Shown here one piece after another: positions 23,693-34,575 of a stretch of 36,000 bases of DNA. Origin of the DNA: Chiloscyllium plagiosum. Lineage: Eukaryota. The DNA lies in contig NW_025213785.1 of assembly GCF_004010195.1 (NCBI RefSeq), positions 1 through 36,000 of the forward strand, given 5' to 3'. The notes under the pieces are model-generated. The model had not been told where the DNA came from. It saw only the letters and a program-made list of their open reading frames with translations, and did no database searches. Each line of letters starts with the position of its first letter. The stretch's first letter is position 1. Both the position numbers and the translations under genes were made by a program.

Positions 23693-24045
23693 TTTTCATT
23701 CATGGAATTTAGTCATTGGCCAATAACCCTAGGCCAATAACCCTAACCCTAACCCATGCCTAATTGCCTAGAGTGCAGTTAAGAGTCAACCACATTGCTG
23801 TGGGTCTGGAGACACACGTAGGCTGGTAAGAATGGCAGATTTCCTTCTCTTAAGGGCATTAATGAACCAGGTGGGTTGTTCCTAAAAATTGGCAACAATT
23901 TTATGGTCATCATTAGACTTAATATAAGATTTTTATTGATTTAATATTCCATCATCTGCCATGACAGGATTTTAATCTGCATCCCCAGCTGAGACTGTAG
24001 ATTAATAATGGTATTAAATTGTGTTCATACCACTAGGCAATCACG
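23693..24045 (-). mobile_element. SacSINE1/Deu-domain-like SINE
   Basis: AAGAGTCAACCACATTGCTGTGGGTCTGGAG...GGCAGATTTCCTTC...CATTAATGAACCAG; reverse complement matches 30300-30450; tail matches the CR1/L2-group tails. Confidence 0.75.
23718..23755 (-). repeat. Interstitial telomeric repeats (TTAGGG)n with 14-bp tandem duplication
   Basis: GGCCAATAACCCTA twice (23718-23745); (TAACCC)3 at 23738-23755. Confidence 0.8.
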
Positions 24046-24634
24046 TTTCCCAATGAATATCTCAGTTAAATAAGTTGAATAGCATGTTGTCACATCACAC
24101 ACTTTTATATATCTCTGAGTTCTTTTCAAATCTAAACATTTTGAAAAACCATCTGGGATGTCCCAAAAGCCAGCACAAACATTTATGATTTATTCCCTTG
24201 TATATTAGACCTGTTCCAAGGTTTGCAAAAGCCTTCAGGGATGCACACTGTAGTGCAAAAATTTAAAATTCTATTTAATAAGAAATGGAAAGAAAATTTT
24301 AAGCAATTGTGAACGAAATTTAGAAGGCCACAATCCTCTCTATCATTAGAGGGAAATGAGTGATGGTGATTTTAACTTGAGGATCACCACACTTCAGCGA
24401 AATGGTGAAGTTGAGAAGGTTAGACTTTCATAGCAATGTCAACCAAAGTAGGGATTAAACCCATGTTTTTGGTGTCACTCTTCATCATAAGTCAGTTCAC
24501 AGAATCATGGGATCCCTACAGTAGATGCAGACCATTTGGCCCAGGGAGTTCTCACTGAACCTCTGAAGGGCATCCCACCCAGACCCCTTTCTCCCCAACC
24601 TTATTCCCTCTAATCTTGCATTTCTCCATGAATA

Positions 24635-24833
24635 GGAGAAAGTGAGGGCTGCAGATGCTGGAGATCAGAGCTGAAAATGTGTTGCTGGAAAAGCGCAGCA
24701 AGTCAGGCAGCATCCAAGGAACAGGAGAATCGACGTTTCGGGCATAATTCCTGAAGAAGGGCTTATGCCCGAAACGTCGATTCTCCTGTTCCTTGGATGC
24801 TGCCTGACCTGCTGCGCTTTTCCAGCAACACAT
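24635..24833. mobile_element. Young palindromic pseudo-LTR pair (PLE family A)
   Basis: Near-perfect arms ~24673-24747 and ~24763-24837; TSD TTTCTCCATGAATA at 24621-24634 and 24834-24847. Confidence 0.92.
24747..24782 (+). ncRNA. Minimal hammerhead ribozyme motif (intact core)
   Basis: CUGAAGA-A-GGGC(UUAU)GCCC-GAAA-CGUC at 24751-24778, identical to 1577-1604. Confidence 0.8.
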
Positions 24834-26291
24834 TTTCTCCATGAATAAGCTACTTAAACTACACATCCCTGAACACAATGGGCAATTTAGCTTGGCCCAT
24901 CCACCAAACTGCACATCTTTGGACTGTGAGAGGAAACCCACACAGAGAGTGGGAGAGCATGCATGATCTATGCAGATAGTTGCCCAAGGAATCGAACCCG
25001 GATTTCTGGTCTGTAAGGTAGCTGTGCTTAACTACTGAGCCACTGTGCCACCAGTTGTCCAGTCATGTGAGCTAACTGGGCTGAAGGATATTGTATGGTA
25101 GGCATTGAATACCTGCAAATAATAAATGAATTATTTGGGCATGTTGTAATTGTTAGCACATGATGATATATGGACATTTGGCTGTTTGTTTATTTCTTTG
25201 TTTCAGATGTGTCCTTTTTGAAATTTCACAGTTCATTGTATGCCTTTGTAACCTCTGATAATCACCTGAAATATTAGGGACAAAAAGGCACTGCTGGCTC
25301 AGATTTCATACTAATCAGCTTGGAACATTAAGCATTCACTTTATTATAAATTAAACAACAGATTATTATGCAGCTCAGCTTGTTTGAGCTCTTTCGGATT
25401 TCTGTACAAATTTGACTGAAATTTAGATGTGTCAAGAGGCATATTTAATATGAACAATAATTTGTTTGAACCTTCAGACGGAGAATCTGTATTTTGTCTA
25501 TATAAAAGAAAGTCTTGGGGCCAGTTCAATATTTTGCCAACAATTGTGTTTTACAATTCTTGGAAATAATCCATTCTGAGTTTTATCGTGATCTACTTTA
25601 TGGTTAAACTATTTCTCCACAAAAGGCTAGCTTAGTTGAATATAAGTAATCCTAGACGACGTAGAATCTGACCTTCAGATTGGCAGGCACCATGTTTCTA
25701 TACACCTCCAGGCTTTTCCACATGGTACCTCATGCTGGTAAAGGTGGTAGTGTAGGTCTTCTAGGGTAGAAGCATTCCCAATGGTTTCGGGAACCTTTGA
25801 ATGAATGTCCCCAGGGCTCTGTATTAGAACCACAACAAATACAGCTTTACCAAAGTGTAGCTGGTACATGACTATGCCTGAATGATCATGGCATTAAATG
25901 CCCCCTGAATTCTAGCCCCTTGATAGTGACTAGAGTTTATCTGGCAGGCCTGCAAATAAACCAAAAAGCTTTATGTGCATGATGATCTGTGTAGGCTAGC
26001 CTGTCAAAATCCTCATTGGGGCCCTAATAGCTGAATTCTTCTGCAAACTCACTATTCTTAACAGCTGGCAAGTGAACTGTCCTCTCCATTTTCCTGGCTA
26101 TGGCTGTGCTTAGTGACTCCACTCTGTGTAGATTCTGACTCTATACTACTCACTAAGGTATGCGCTGTGCCAGAATATAAGCATGTGGCTGTGTTTGGAT
26201 CAGATGATTGTGCTTCTGTATCAATGTTACAGTATTGTTCTTGCCCTTTCCTCTGAGGCTCTTGCAGCTGGTCAGTATGATGTTGAGGTGG

Positions 26292-26478
26292 ACTTGGATG
26301 GACAAGATCAGAAGTCACATGACACCAGTTTAGACTCCAACAGGTTTATTTGAAATCACAAGTTTTCAGAGCACTGCACCCTCGTCAGGTCACATGTCAC
26401 CTGAGGAAGGAGCAACACTCTGAACGCTTATGATTTCAAATGAATCTATTAGAGTCTAAACTGATGTCATGTGACTTC
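26292..26478. mobile_element. Palindromic pseudo-LTR pair (PLE family C-related)
   Basis: 26308-26390 and 26398-26481 are imperfect inverted repeats, each with a degenerate hammerhead; similar to 31440-31550; TSD TGAGGTGG at 26284-26291 and 26479-26486. Confidence 0.82.
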
Positions 26479-26821
26479 TGAGGTGGTTAGTAGGCAGTGC
26501 TGGGGTATCTGAAAGCAGAAATGCAGAGGAGGAAGGTCTGGTGAGGGATGGCAAAAGAGATGAAAAGCAAGGAGCCCATGTTCACATTACAGAAGCTTGT
26601 ACTTCCTGTTAGGGAGAAGTATAACACTGAGGGTTTTCATGGGCAAAAACCTGAAACTTGTGGTAACCCTCCATCTTCTTGGCAATGCCGGATGTAAATG
26701 TCCCTTGCACTGCCAGTCCCAAGATGCTGAGCATGCCTCTGGTTTAACTCTGCATCCTGTGATCATTTGTTTTTGTTTTGGCATGTGAACATCCCTCGCA
26801 AAATGGTGAGCTGCCTTGTCC

Positions 26822-26860
26822 TGTGTGTGTGTGTATGTGTTTGTGTGTGAGAGAGAGAGA
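26822..26860. repeat. Imperfect (TG)n(GA)n microsatellite
   Basis: Direct reading. Confidence 0.8.
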
Positions 26861-27329
26861 AGTCAGTGAGTGATTTGTAAGGTATTTGGGTGATGTGCCG
26901 AATAAACAAGAGTTATCTGAGGCAGCCTTCATTTGTGTGAGAATTATGCTGAGCAACTGAATGTTAGGCTTAAGTCCTGATTGTAATAAATTGGAGGTGA
27001 ATAAGTAATGGGGATGCAGTGCAGTGAGTTTTGAAGAGGGTAGGTGTGTGGTAGGTGCGAGATGTTAATGGCAAACACATTCATGAACTTTGGCTACTTG
27101 TGTGAGGTAATTGAAATTATTATAGTACTGTTGCTGGATTATTTGGATCAGACTCCTGGAATTGACCTGTTTACTTGCTCCCTCATCTCCTCTTCTGAGG
27201 GTTTTCCTCAAAGGGGATCAAGCCCTCTCTCCCTGCCACCAAGTGAAACCTGGTCTATCTTGTCTTGTCTTGTCAATCTCCTCGACTAAGGTTTCCAGCA
27301 TTGTAGCTGAGAAACCCAGACCCCTTTCT

Positions 27330-27620
27330 TTGGAGAAATTTAAATCATTCCTCATGTGGAAATACTGGAATTATCATTGGAGCAAGAGTCTCTGTTGGAT
27401 TTAAACAGACTGAGATAAACAGTGGCTGTAGAGATGTGCACAACCAGAAGAGAAGAAAATGTGAAAAGGTTTAAAAAGATAAACAACAAGTAATTAAAAG
27501 ACAAATGCCAAAAATTGTCCAAAACATTTCTGAAATAAGTTGAAGAATATAGGCATTTTCACTTTAGATTTGTAAACTGAGAATTTACTGAAAAACTTAT
27601 AAATTTTAAAAGTTTTCAAT
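27330..27620 (-). repeat. Left arm of long inverted duplication
   Basis: Reverse complement of 28909-29206. Confidence 0.97.
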
Positions 27621-28908
27621 ATGTGCAACATATATGCATCATCTGTTTAAACAGTGAAGACCAGCATTTCAATGACATTTTTGATTATCTTCTGGATCTG
27701 CTCATGATATTTTAACGGTCTATGTACCTGGGCGTCCGAGGGTCCTTGACCCTCCAATTTTAGCTATTTGGAGAATGCCCAGTTTTACCCCTCTTTTTAG
27801 GTTCAAACTAGATGACTTCATTTACATCCATTTCCCACAGTTTTACCTCATTCACCGAATCTTCCAATATCACTTTTGTAACATCCCACTTCTGTTTCCA
27901 CACATTATACTAATGCCTGTGCTTGTGTCAAAGGCAAATTTGAATATGCAGCTTTCTATCCCCTCACCTTTGTTATTAAAAAAATACGGTGAGTTGTTGA
28001 GCCACCAACACTGACACCTGCAGGACATTCTGTCAATTAGATACGAGTTGGGGCATCTCTTCCACAGAATGCAGTTGCGGCTGGATCAGTGAATATTTTC
28101 AAGCCTGAGTTCAACTTTTAATTTACAAAGGAGTCAAAAATTTCATATTGGCAACAGGGTTCTCACCTATTGGCTGGGGAACTGGTGTGAGACTCACATC
28201 ACCTCATTTAGGGAAGATCCACTGAAATTAAGTCGCCATTAGATAGATATCCAATTGGTTCTCTGATTTTCCGTGATTTAGAATTGCATTCAATGAGAGT
28301 TGACATTCAGTCAGAAGCCAGAAGCACTCCTTTCCTTGTCAGCACTCCTGGAAGTAATGGCTGCTGCTGGTCATTCATTTGCCAAAGGCCTAGGAAGAAG
28401 AGGGACCCAGGCAATGAGTGAGGGCAGGATGTGGGTGGTGGGAAAGTGGGTCAGCAGAAATGGCAAGCGTGGTTCACAGTGGACAGGTATCTTCCTTTCT
28501 GATGCTGGATCACTTAATTGAAGAGAACAAGGAACCCTGTCCCTGTCCATTCCCAATTTCAGGTCTCTCCTCTAAGCCTATTTTATTACAATTTCCTTTC
28601 CAACCCATGCTATCTCTCAGATGTATTCGCAGGAATTTCTTTCCACCTTGCTATCTCCCACAAGATTGAATGTTTTGTAATTTCCTCCTTAACACATTCT
28701 GCACCTATACCTTCTTTGCTCCTTCTGGAATTCATGGTCTAGAATTCCTCTTGACCCCTCTCCACTTCCTTCTCTTCTTTCAGACCCTTTTGCAGACCCT
28801 TTGGCAATCTTTTGTCACGTCCTCTATTATCTGCTTCGATTATTGTGAGATTGTACTTCTGCAAACCACTTTCTATGTTAGCACATTTTAGGAAAGTAAT
28901 GTAGGTTT

Positions 28909-29206
28909 ATTAAAAACTTTTAAAAATTAAAAGTGGGATGTTTTCCAGTAAATTCTCAGTTTACAGATCTAAAGTGAAAATGCCTGTATTCTTAAACTTA
29001 TTTCAGGAATGTCTTGGACAATTTTTGGCATTTGTTGTTTAATTACTTGTTGCTTATCTTTTTAAACCTTTTCACATTTTCTTCTCTTCTGGTTGTGCAC
29101 TTCTCTGCAGCCACTGTTTATCTCAGTCTGTTTAAATCCAACAGAGACTCTTGCTCCAATGATAATTCCAGTATTTCCACATGAGGAATGATTTAAATTT
29201 CTCCAA
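28909..29206 (+). repeat. Right arm of long inverted duplication
   Basis: Reverse complement of 27330-27620. Confidence 0.97.
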
Positions 29207-29227
29207 CTATGGCAAGAGACTTGAAGG
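29111..29227 (+). other. Candidate host exon, possibly carrying a start codon (MARDLK...)
   Basis: Long polypyrimidine tract 29056-29107 + CTGCAG acceptor; ACTATGG Kozak context (ATG 29209); GC-type donor GCAAGT 29228-29233; stops in all three frames upstream of the ATG. Confidence 0.45.
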
Positions 29228-29994
29228 GCAAGTCACTTGGGAATTCTTGTTTCAAATTGGGAGTTCAGCAATTAGTTGCTTATATTATCTTTGGACCATA
29301 TATTATCCATTGACGTTTAGTCAAAATTCTGTAGCTTTTAGTTAGGAAAATCTGTTAAAAGATACTTGAGAGTGGCATTAAGACAGTAAAGTGATAATGC
29401 ATGTGCTTTTGTTCAGGAAGAAGTTGCATTCCAATTCCAGTTATTAAATTTCTATTCTTGTTGCTATTTATTTTTCTGGCATTTTGTGCTGGCAACTAAG
29501 AATTGTATGTATTATTACCACCTTAATTATCCTTTTCTTAAAAAAAATGCAAGTGAGCCAGAAATGCTTTTGTTTTAAAAGATTTTGGGACTGAATAAGC
29601 TTAGCCATTGATTGGACTTGTTTATGAATTTGAGCCAAGTTTTCTCAGGGGAGTAGCCCTGAGTTTAACCAAACACAATTAAAACTTTTGATTTTCTGTT
29701 CGAAAATGTAATTGCTACTCAAGGTGTATTGTAAATCTTGAATGTAATGTCCCTACTGATCATGTTACTGTAAAAGAAAATTATGTTAACAATGCTGGGA
29801 TGTCTATCGACCCATATGGTACTCAATTTTTGCTACTTGCATTGTGAATCTAGATAATGTTATGAACCTGGATGTTTCCAAGACTTACACTAAAGTTTTA
29901 TTGGCAGCAGTAACGCTTTCTTTTTTTCTCGGATAATTGTCAAAAAACAGACTAATTCAACTAACAGGAAAATACTATGAAGGTTGGAAATTTG

Positions 29995-30123
29995 AAATAA
30001 AAGCAGAAATTGCTGGCAGCATCTGTGGAGAGAAATAGAGTTAGCATTTTGAGTCCAATATGACACTTCTCTCTCCACAGATACAGCCAGACCTGCTTAG
30101 TTTCTCCAACATTTTCTGTTTTT
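29995..30123. mobile_element. Degraded palindromic PLE-type pseudo-LTR pair
   Basis: ATCTGTGGAGAGA (30021) is inverted versus TCTCTCCACAGAT (30070); related to 12484-12578. Confidence 0.65.
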
Positions 30124-31424
30124 AATCCATACTTTTTTTCACATTTCAGAGCATGTAAGTTTATAATCATCAATTTTTTAATAATTATTTGCACTTGTTT
30201 GTGTAACTGACCTACAGATTCCGTGCACTTGATTGTTGGTACCAGGATACAGCATTTGAGTTACAAAGTTCATCTTGTTTATTGGGAAGGTAATTGACAG
30301 TCTGATGATCATGAAACCAGTGTTGATTGTTGTAAACACCGATCTGGTTCACTCATGTCCTTTAGGAAGAAGGCAAACTGTGGTCATTACCTGGTCTTGC
30401 TGACCTGTTACTCCAGGCCCACAGTTGACTTTGAACTGCCTTCTGAGATTACTAGAATGACATTCAGATGCAAATTGTCATTAAATTGTCAAAAAAATAT
30501 CAAAAGAGGAATGAAACCATTCAGAGCCCTTGAAATAGATTAAGGCACTGGAAATGATAACAGAAAACACAGCCCTTTTGATCCTCAAAATCCTCCTTAG
30601 CAACATCTGAGCGTTGCTGCCAAAATTAATAGAGCCGTCTCACGGATTAGTCAAGCTGCAGCATGAGATATTCATGCTCATGGGATCATACTTTACACAC
30701 AACATCCCAGACAACGACATCACCATTCCTGGACAGGTCCTGTTCCAAAGGCAGGACAGGCGTAACAGAGGTGGCGGCACAGTGGTGGAACCTGTTACAA
30801 CATTGGACTCTAGGAAGTCCAATGGTATTAGGTCAAATCACCTGCTGATTACCATGGATCTCCCCATGTCAACTGATGAATTGGGACGCCTCCAAGTTGA
30901 ACAAAACTTGGAGGAAGCAATGAGGGTGGAAAAGACATAGAATATACCGTGGGTCAGGATCCTCAATGTCCATCACCAAAGGTAGCTTAGCAGCACCACC
31001 ACTGCTTAGTCTGGTCATGACCTAAAGGGCATGGCTGCTGGACTAAGTCTGTAGTAGATGATGAGGGAAAAACATACTTGATCTTATCCTCAGCAATCTG
31101 CCTGCTGCAGATAGATCCATCCGTGACATTATTGGTAGGAATGACTACTGCTACTAGTCCATCCTCACATTAAAGACATTATCTGATGTATTGTTGGCTA
31201 TTTATCACCATGCTAAAAGCAATAGACTTCAAACAGATCTAGACTCTCAAGACAGGGCATCTGTGAGACACTGTGGGCCACCAGCAGCAGCTAAATTGTA
31301 CTCCAACACAATCTGCAACTTAATGGCCGGACACATCCCTCATTCTATTGTTACTATCAAACAAAAGGATTGACTCTTGTTCAGTGCAAGATCAAATGCC
31401 AAGAATAGAACCAGGCATTACTAA

Positions 31425-31670
31425 GATTCGGAGATGCCAGTGTTGGACTGGGGTGTACAAAGTTAAAAATCACACAACACCAGGTTATAGTCCAACAGGT
31501 TTAATTGGAAGCACACTAGCTTTCGGAGCGACGCTCCCTCATCAGGTGATTGTGGAGGGCTCGATCGTAACACAGAATTTATAGCAAAAATTTGCAGTGT
31601 GATGTAACTGAAATTATACATTGAAAAATTGATTGTCTGTTAAGCCTTTCATTTGTTAGAATACAGTGAT
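31425..31670 (-). mobile_element. PLE family C 3' terminal (pseudo-LTR) insertion within the LINE
   Basis: TSD AGGCAT(T/A)ACTAA at 31413-31424 and 31671-31682; contains a hammerhead. Confidence 0.82.
31514..31548 (-). ncRNA. Minimal hammerhead ribozyme motif (intact core)
   Basis: Minus strand CAC-CUGAUGA-G-GGAGC(GUC)GCUCC-GAAA-GCUA-GUG: helix I CAC/GUG, 5-bp helix II, palindromic AGCU helix III, CUA cleavage triplet. Confidence 0.85.
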
Positions 31671-33194
31671 AGGCATAACTAAAAGTGAGACACCAATCTG
31701 ATAAAGCTACAAGCAAAACTGCTTGCATGCCCAAAAACAAAAGAAGCAATTGATAGAAAAGGCAAAGTGATTCTCCAACCAACAGATCAGAACTAAGCTG
31801 TGCAGTCCTACCACCTCCAGTCATAAATGATGGTGGAAAATTAAGCAATTCACTCAAGGAAACTCCATATATAATCCCATCCTCAGTGAAGGGGGAGCCC
31901 AGTTCATCAATGCAGATCAATCACAGATACCAGTTTTCAGCCAATTCAGTTCCTTCCATGTGATATCCAGAACTGGTTGGAGGTATTAAATGTTGCAAAG
32001 GCTTTGGGCTATGACAACATTCTGGCAACCAAAGCATGAACTGCAGAACTTTTGCATCCCTCGCCAAACTGTTCCAGTATAACGAGAACACTGGCATTTG
32101 TCTGATAATGTAGAAAATTATCTACGAATGCCCTGTACACAAAAAGCACAGCAAGTCCAATCTGGGGAATTACCAACTCATCAGTCTACTCTATCATCAG
32201 TAAAGTGATGGAAGGTGTCATCACCAGTGCAATCAAGCAGCACTGCTCAACAATAACCTGCTCGCTGATTCTCGATTTGTGTTCTGCCAGTGTCTCTGAG
32301 CTCCTGAAAGCATTTAGAGCCTTGGTTCAAACATGGAAGAACGAACTGAGATCCAGAGGTGAGGTGGGAGTGCCAGCTCTTGACATAAGGCCACGTTTGA
32401 CTGTGTGGCACCAAGGAGCCCGAGCAAAGGTGAATTCAGTGGGAATTGGGGGAAACTCATCCGGGTACTGAAGCTGTCCATGTCTAAGGTCAGCAAGACT
32501 GAGACAATATTCAAGTTTAGACTGACGAGTGGCAAGTACATTTGCACCACACAGGGGTCATACATTGACCATCTCCCCCTGAAATTCAATGACATCACCT
32601 TCACTGAATCCCTCACTATCAACATACTGGAGGTTAATATTGATCAGAAACTGAACTGGACGAGCCATATAAATACTCGGGCTACAAGGGCAGGTCAGAC
32701 GTTAGGAACTTGCAATGAATGACTCACCTCCTTCTCCCCAAAGCATCTCTAACATCTACAAGGCATAAGTCAGGAGTATATTGAAATATTCCCCACTTGT
32801 CTGGATGGGTGCAGTTACAACAGCATTCAAGAAGTGTGACACCATCCAAGACAAAGCAGCCCACTTGATTTGCCACAACATCCACAAACATTCATTCCCT
32901 CCACCCTCCAGTCTCAGTAGCAATGGTGTAGCTTTCATAAGATGCTGTGCAGAAATTCACTGTGGCTCTTTAGACAGCACCTTCCAAACCCACTATCAAT
33001 ACTATTTCGAAGGACAAGCTGACATTTGGGGATTGCACCACTTGCAAACTCCCTTCCAAGCCACTTATCATCCTGACTTGGAACTGTGTCACTGTTGATT
33101 CAGTGTCACTAGGTCAAAATCCTGAAACTCTCTTCCTAATAGCTTTGTGGGTGCAATTACACCAAATAGAATGCTGTAGTTCAAGCAGGTACAA

Positions 33195-33897
33195 GCTGAA
33201 AATGTGTTGCTGGAAAAGCGCAGCAGGTCAGGCAGCATCCAAGGAGCAAGAGAATCGACGTTTCGGGCATGAGCCCTTCTTCGGGAATGAGGAGGGTGTG
33301 CCGAGCAGGCTAAGATAAAAGGTAGGGAGGAGGGACTTGGGGGAGGGGCGTTGGAAATGCAATAGGTGGAAGGAAGTTAAGGTGAGGGTGATAGGTCAGA
33401 GTGGGGGTGGGGGAGGAGAGGTCAGGAAGAAGATTGCAGGTGCAGAAGGCGGTGCTGAGTTCGAGGGTTAGGACTGAGATAAGGTGGGGCGAGGGGAAAT
33501 AAGGAAACTGGAGAAATCTGAGTTCATCCCTTGTGGTTGGAGGGTTCCTAGGCGGAAGATAAGGCGCTCTTCCTCCAGCCGTCGTGTTGCTATGGTCTGG
33601 CGATGGAGGAGTCCAAGGACCTGTATGTCCGTGGTGGAGTGGGAGGGGGAGTTGAAGTGTTGAGCCACGGGGTGGTTGGATTGGTTGGTCCGGATGTCCC
33701 AGAGGTGTTCTCTGAAACGTTCTGCAAGTAGGCGGCTTGTCTCCCCAATATAGAGGAGGCCATATCAGGTGCAGCAGATGCAGTAAATGATGTGTGTGGA
33801 GGTGCAGGTGAATTTGTGGTGGATATGGAAAGATCCCTTTGGGCCTTGGAGGGAAGTAAGGGGGGAGGTGTGGGTGCAAGTTTTGCATTTCTTGCGG
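33195..33897 (-). mobile_element. Penelope-like element (family A) 3' part: GIY-YIG + pseudo-LTR
   Basis: Minus frame IIYCICCT*YGLLYIGETSRLLAERFREH; RRLEEERLIFRLGTLQPQGMN; hammerhead 33257-33284 with CUGA>CCGA change. Confidence 0.92.
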
Positions 33898-34575
33898 TCC
33901 ATATCCCTCCAAATATTTCTTATTTATACACATTTCAAAATTCTTTTAAATGTTATAACTGTACCCACATCCAACACTTCTTCTGAAAATTCATTCAACA
34001 TGAGAACCACTCTGTGTAAAAATAATTTGCCCCTTATGGCTTTATAAAATCCTTCTCCTCTGACCTTAGTCCCTCGTCTTGATATCCACCATCCTAGGGA
34101 AAGGACACCTTCCACTCACATTATCTGTACCCCTCATTATTTTATAAACCTCTATAAGGTCACCCCTTAAACTCCAACAGTCCAGTGAAAAATGTCCCAG
34201 CCTATCCAGCCTTTCCTTATAACTCAAGCCCTACATTCCTGGCAACATCCTGATAAATCTCTTCTGAACTGTCTCCAACTTAATAATATCCTTCCTATAC
34301 TAGGGCAGCCAGAACTGGACATGGTACTCCAGAAGAGGCCTCATCACTGTGCTGTACAACCTCAACATGATTTTCAAATGCTTATACTCAAAGGTCTGAG
34401 TAATGAAAGCAAGTGTGCTAAACGCCGCCTTAATCACTCTGTCTACACGTAACACAAATTTGAAAGAATTATGTACCTGAACCCCTTGGTCTCTGTTCTA
34501 TAACACCACCTAATGCCATACTTATGGTTGTACAAGTCCTGCACTTGTATTTTGTCACCAGAATGTAATACCTCA
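33898..34575 (-). mobile_element. CR1/HER1-type LINE 3' fragment
   Basis: Collinear with 10380-11050 (e.g. TTTTATAAACCTCTATAAGGTCACCCC, CCTGGCAACATCCT). Confidence 0.88.

Larger units (their letters stand above)
24498..25051 (-). mobile_element. HE1-type SINE interrupted by a PLE palindrome
   Basis: GGGCAATTTAGCTTGGCCCATCCACCAAACTGCACATCTTTGGAC matches other HE1 copies. Confidence 0.85.
24325..25080 (-). mobile_element. tRNA-SINE (family of 9745-9990), split by the HE1 insertion (parts 24325-24497 and 25052-25080)
   Basis: Homology to 9745-9990; GGGATTAAACCC B-box remnant; possible TSD CAGTT at 24493-24497 and 25052-25056. Confidence 0.6.
30295..33190 (+). mobile_element. Long degraded CR1/L2-group LINE: Deu-like leader, APE endonuclease, RT
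   Basis: ORF 30614-30940 DITIPGQVLFQRQDRRNRGGGTVV (APE-like); NYQLISLL and ALDI RT remnants; IDQKLNWTSHI; KYSPLVWMGA; homologous to minus-strand copies at 16720-17565. Confidence 0.85.

Noticed and set aside
25185..25300. Strong plus-strand acceptor TTTCTTTGTTTCAG at 25206
   Set aside because: No convincing nearby donor or coding frame; unsupported alone.
27330..29206. DNA transposon with long TIRs
   Set aside because: No TSD or characteristic termini, no transposase remnant in the spacer, and the arms look like intron/exon sequence; not fully excluded without a copy-number search.
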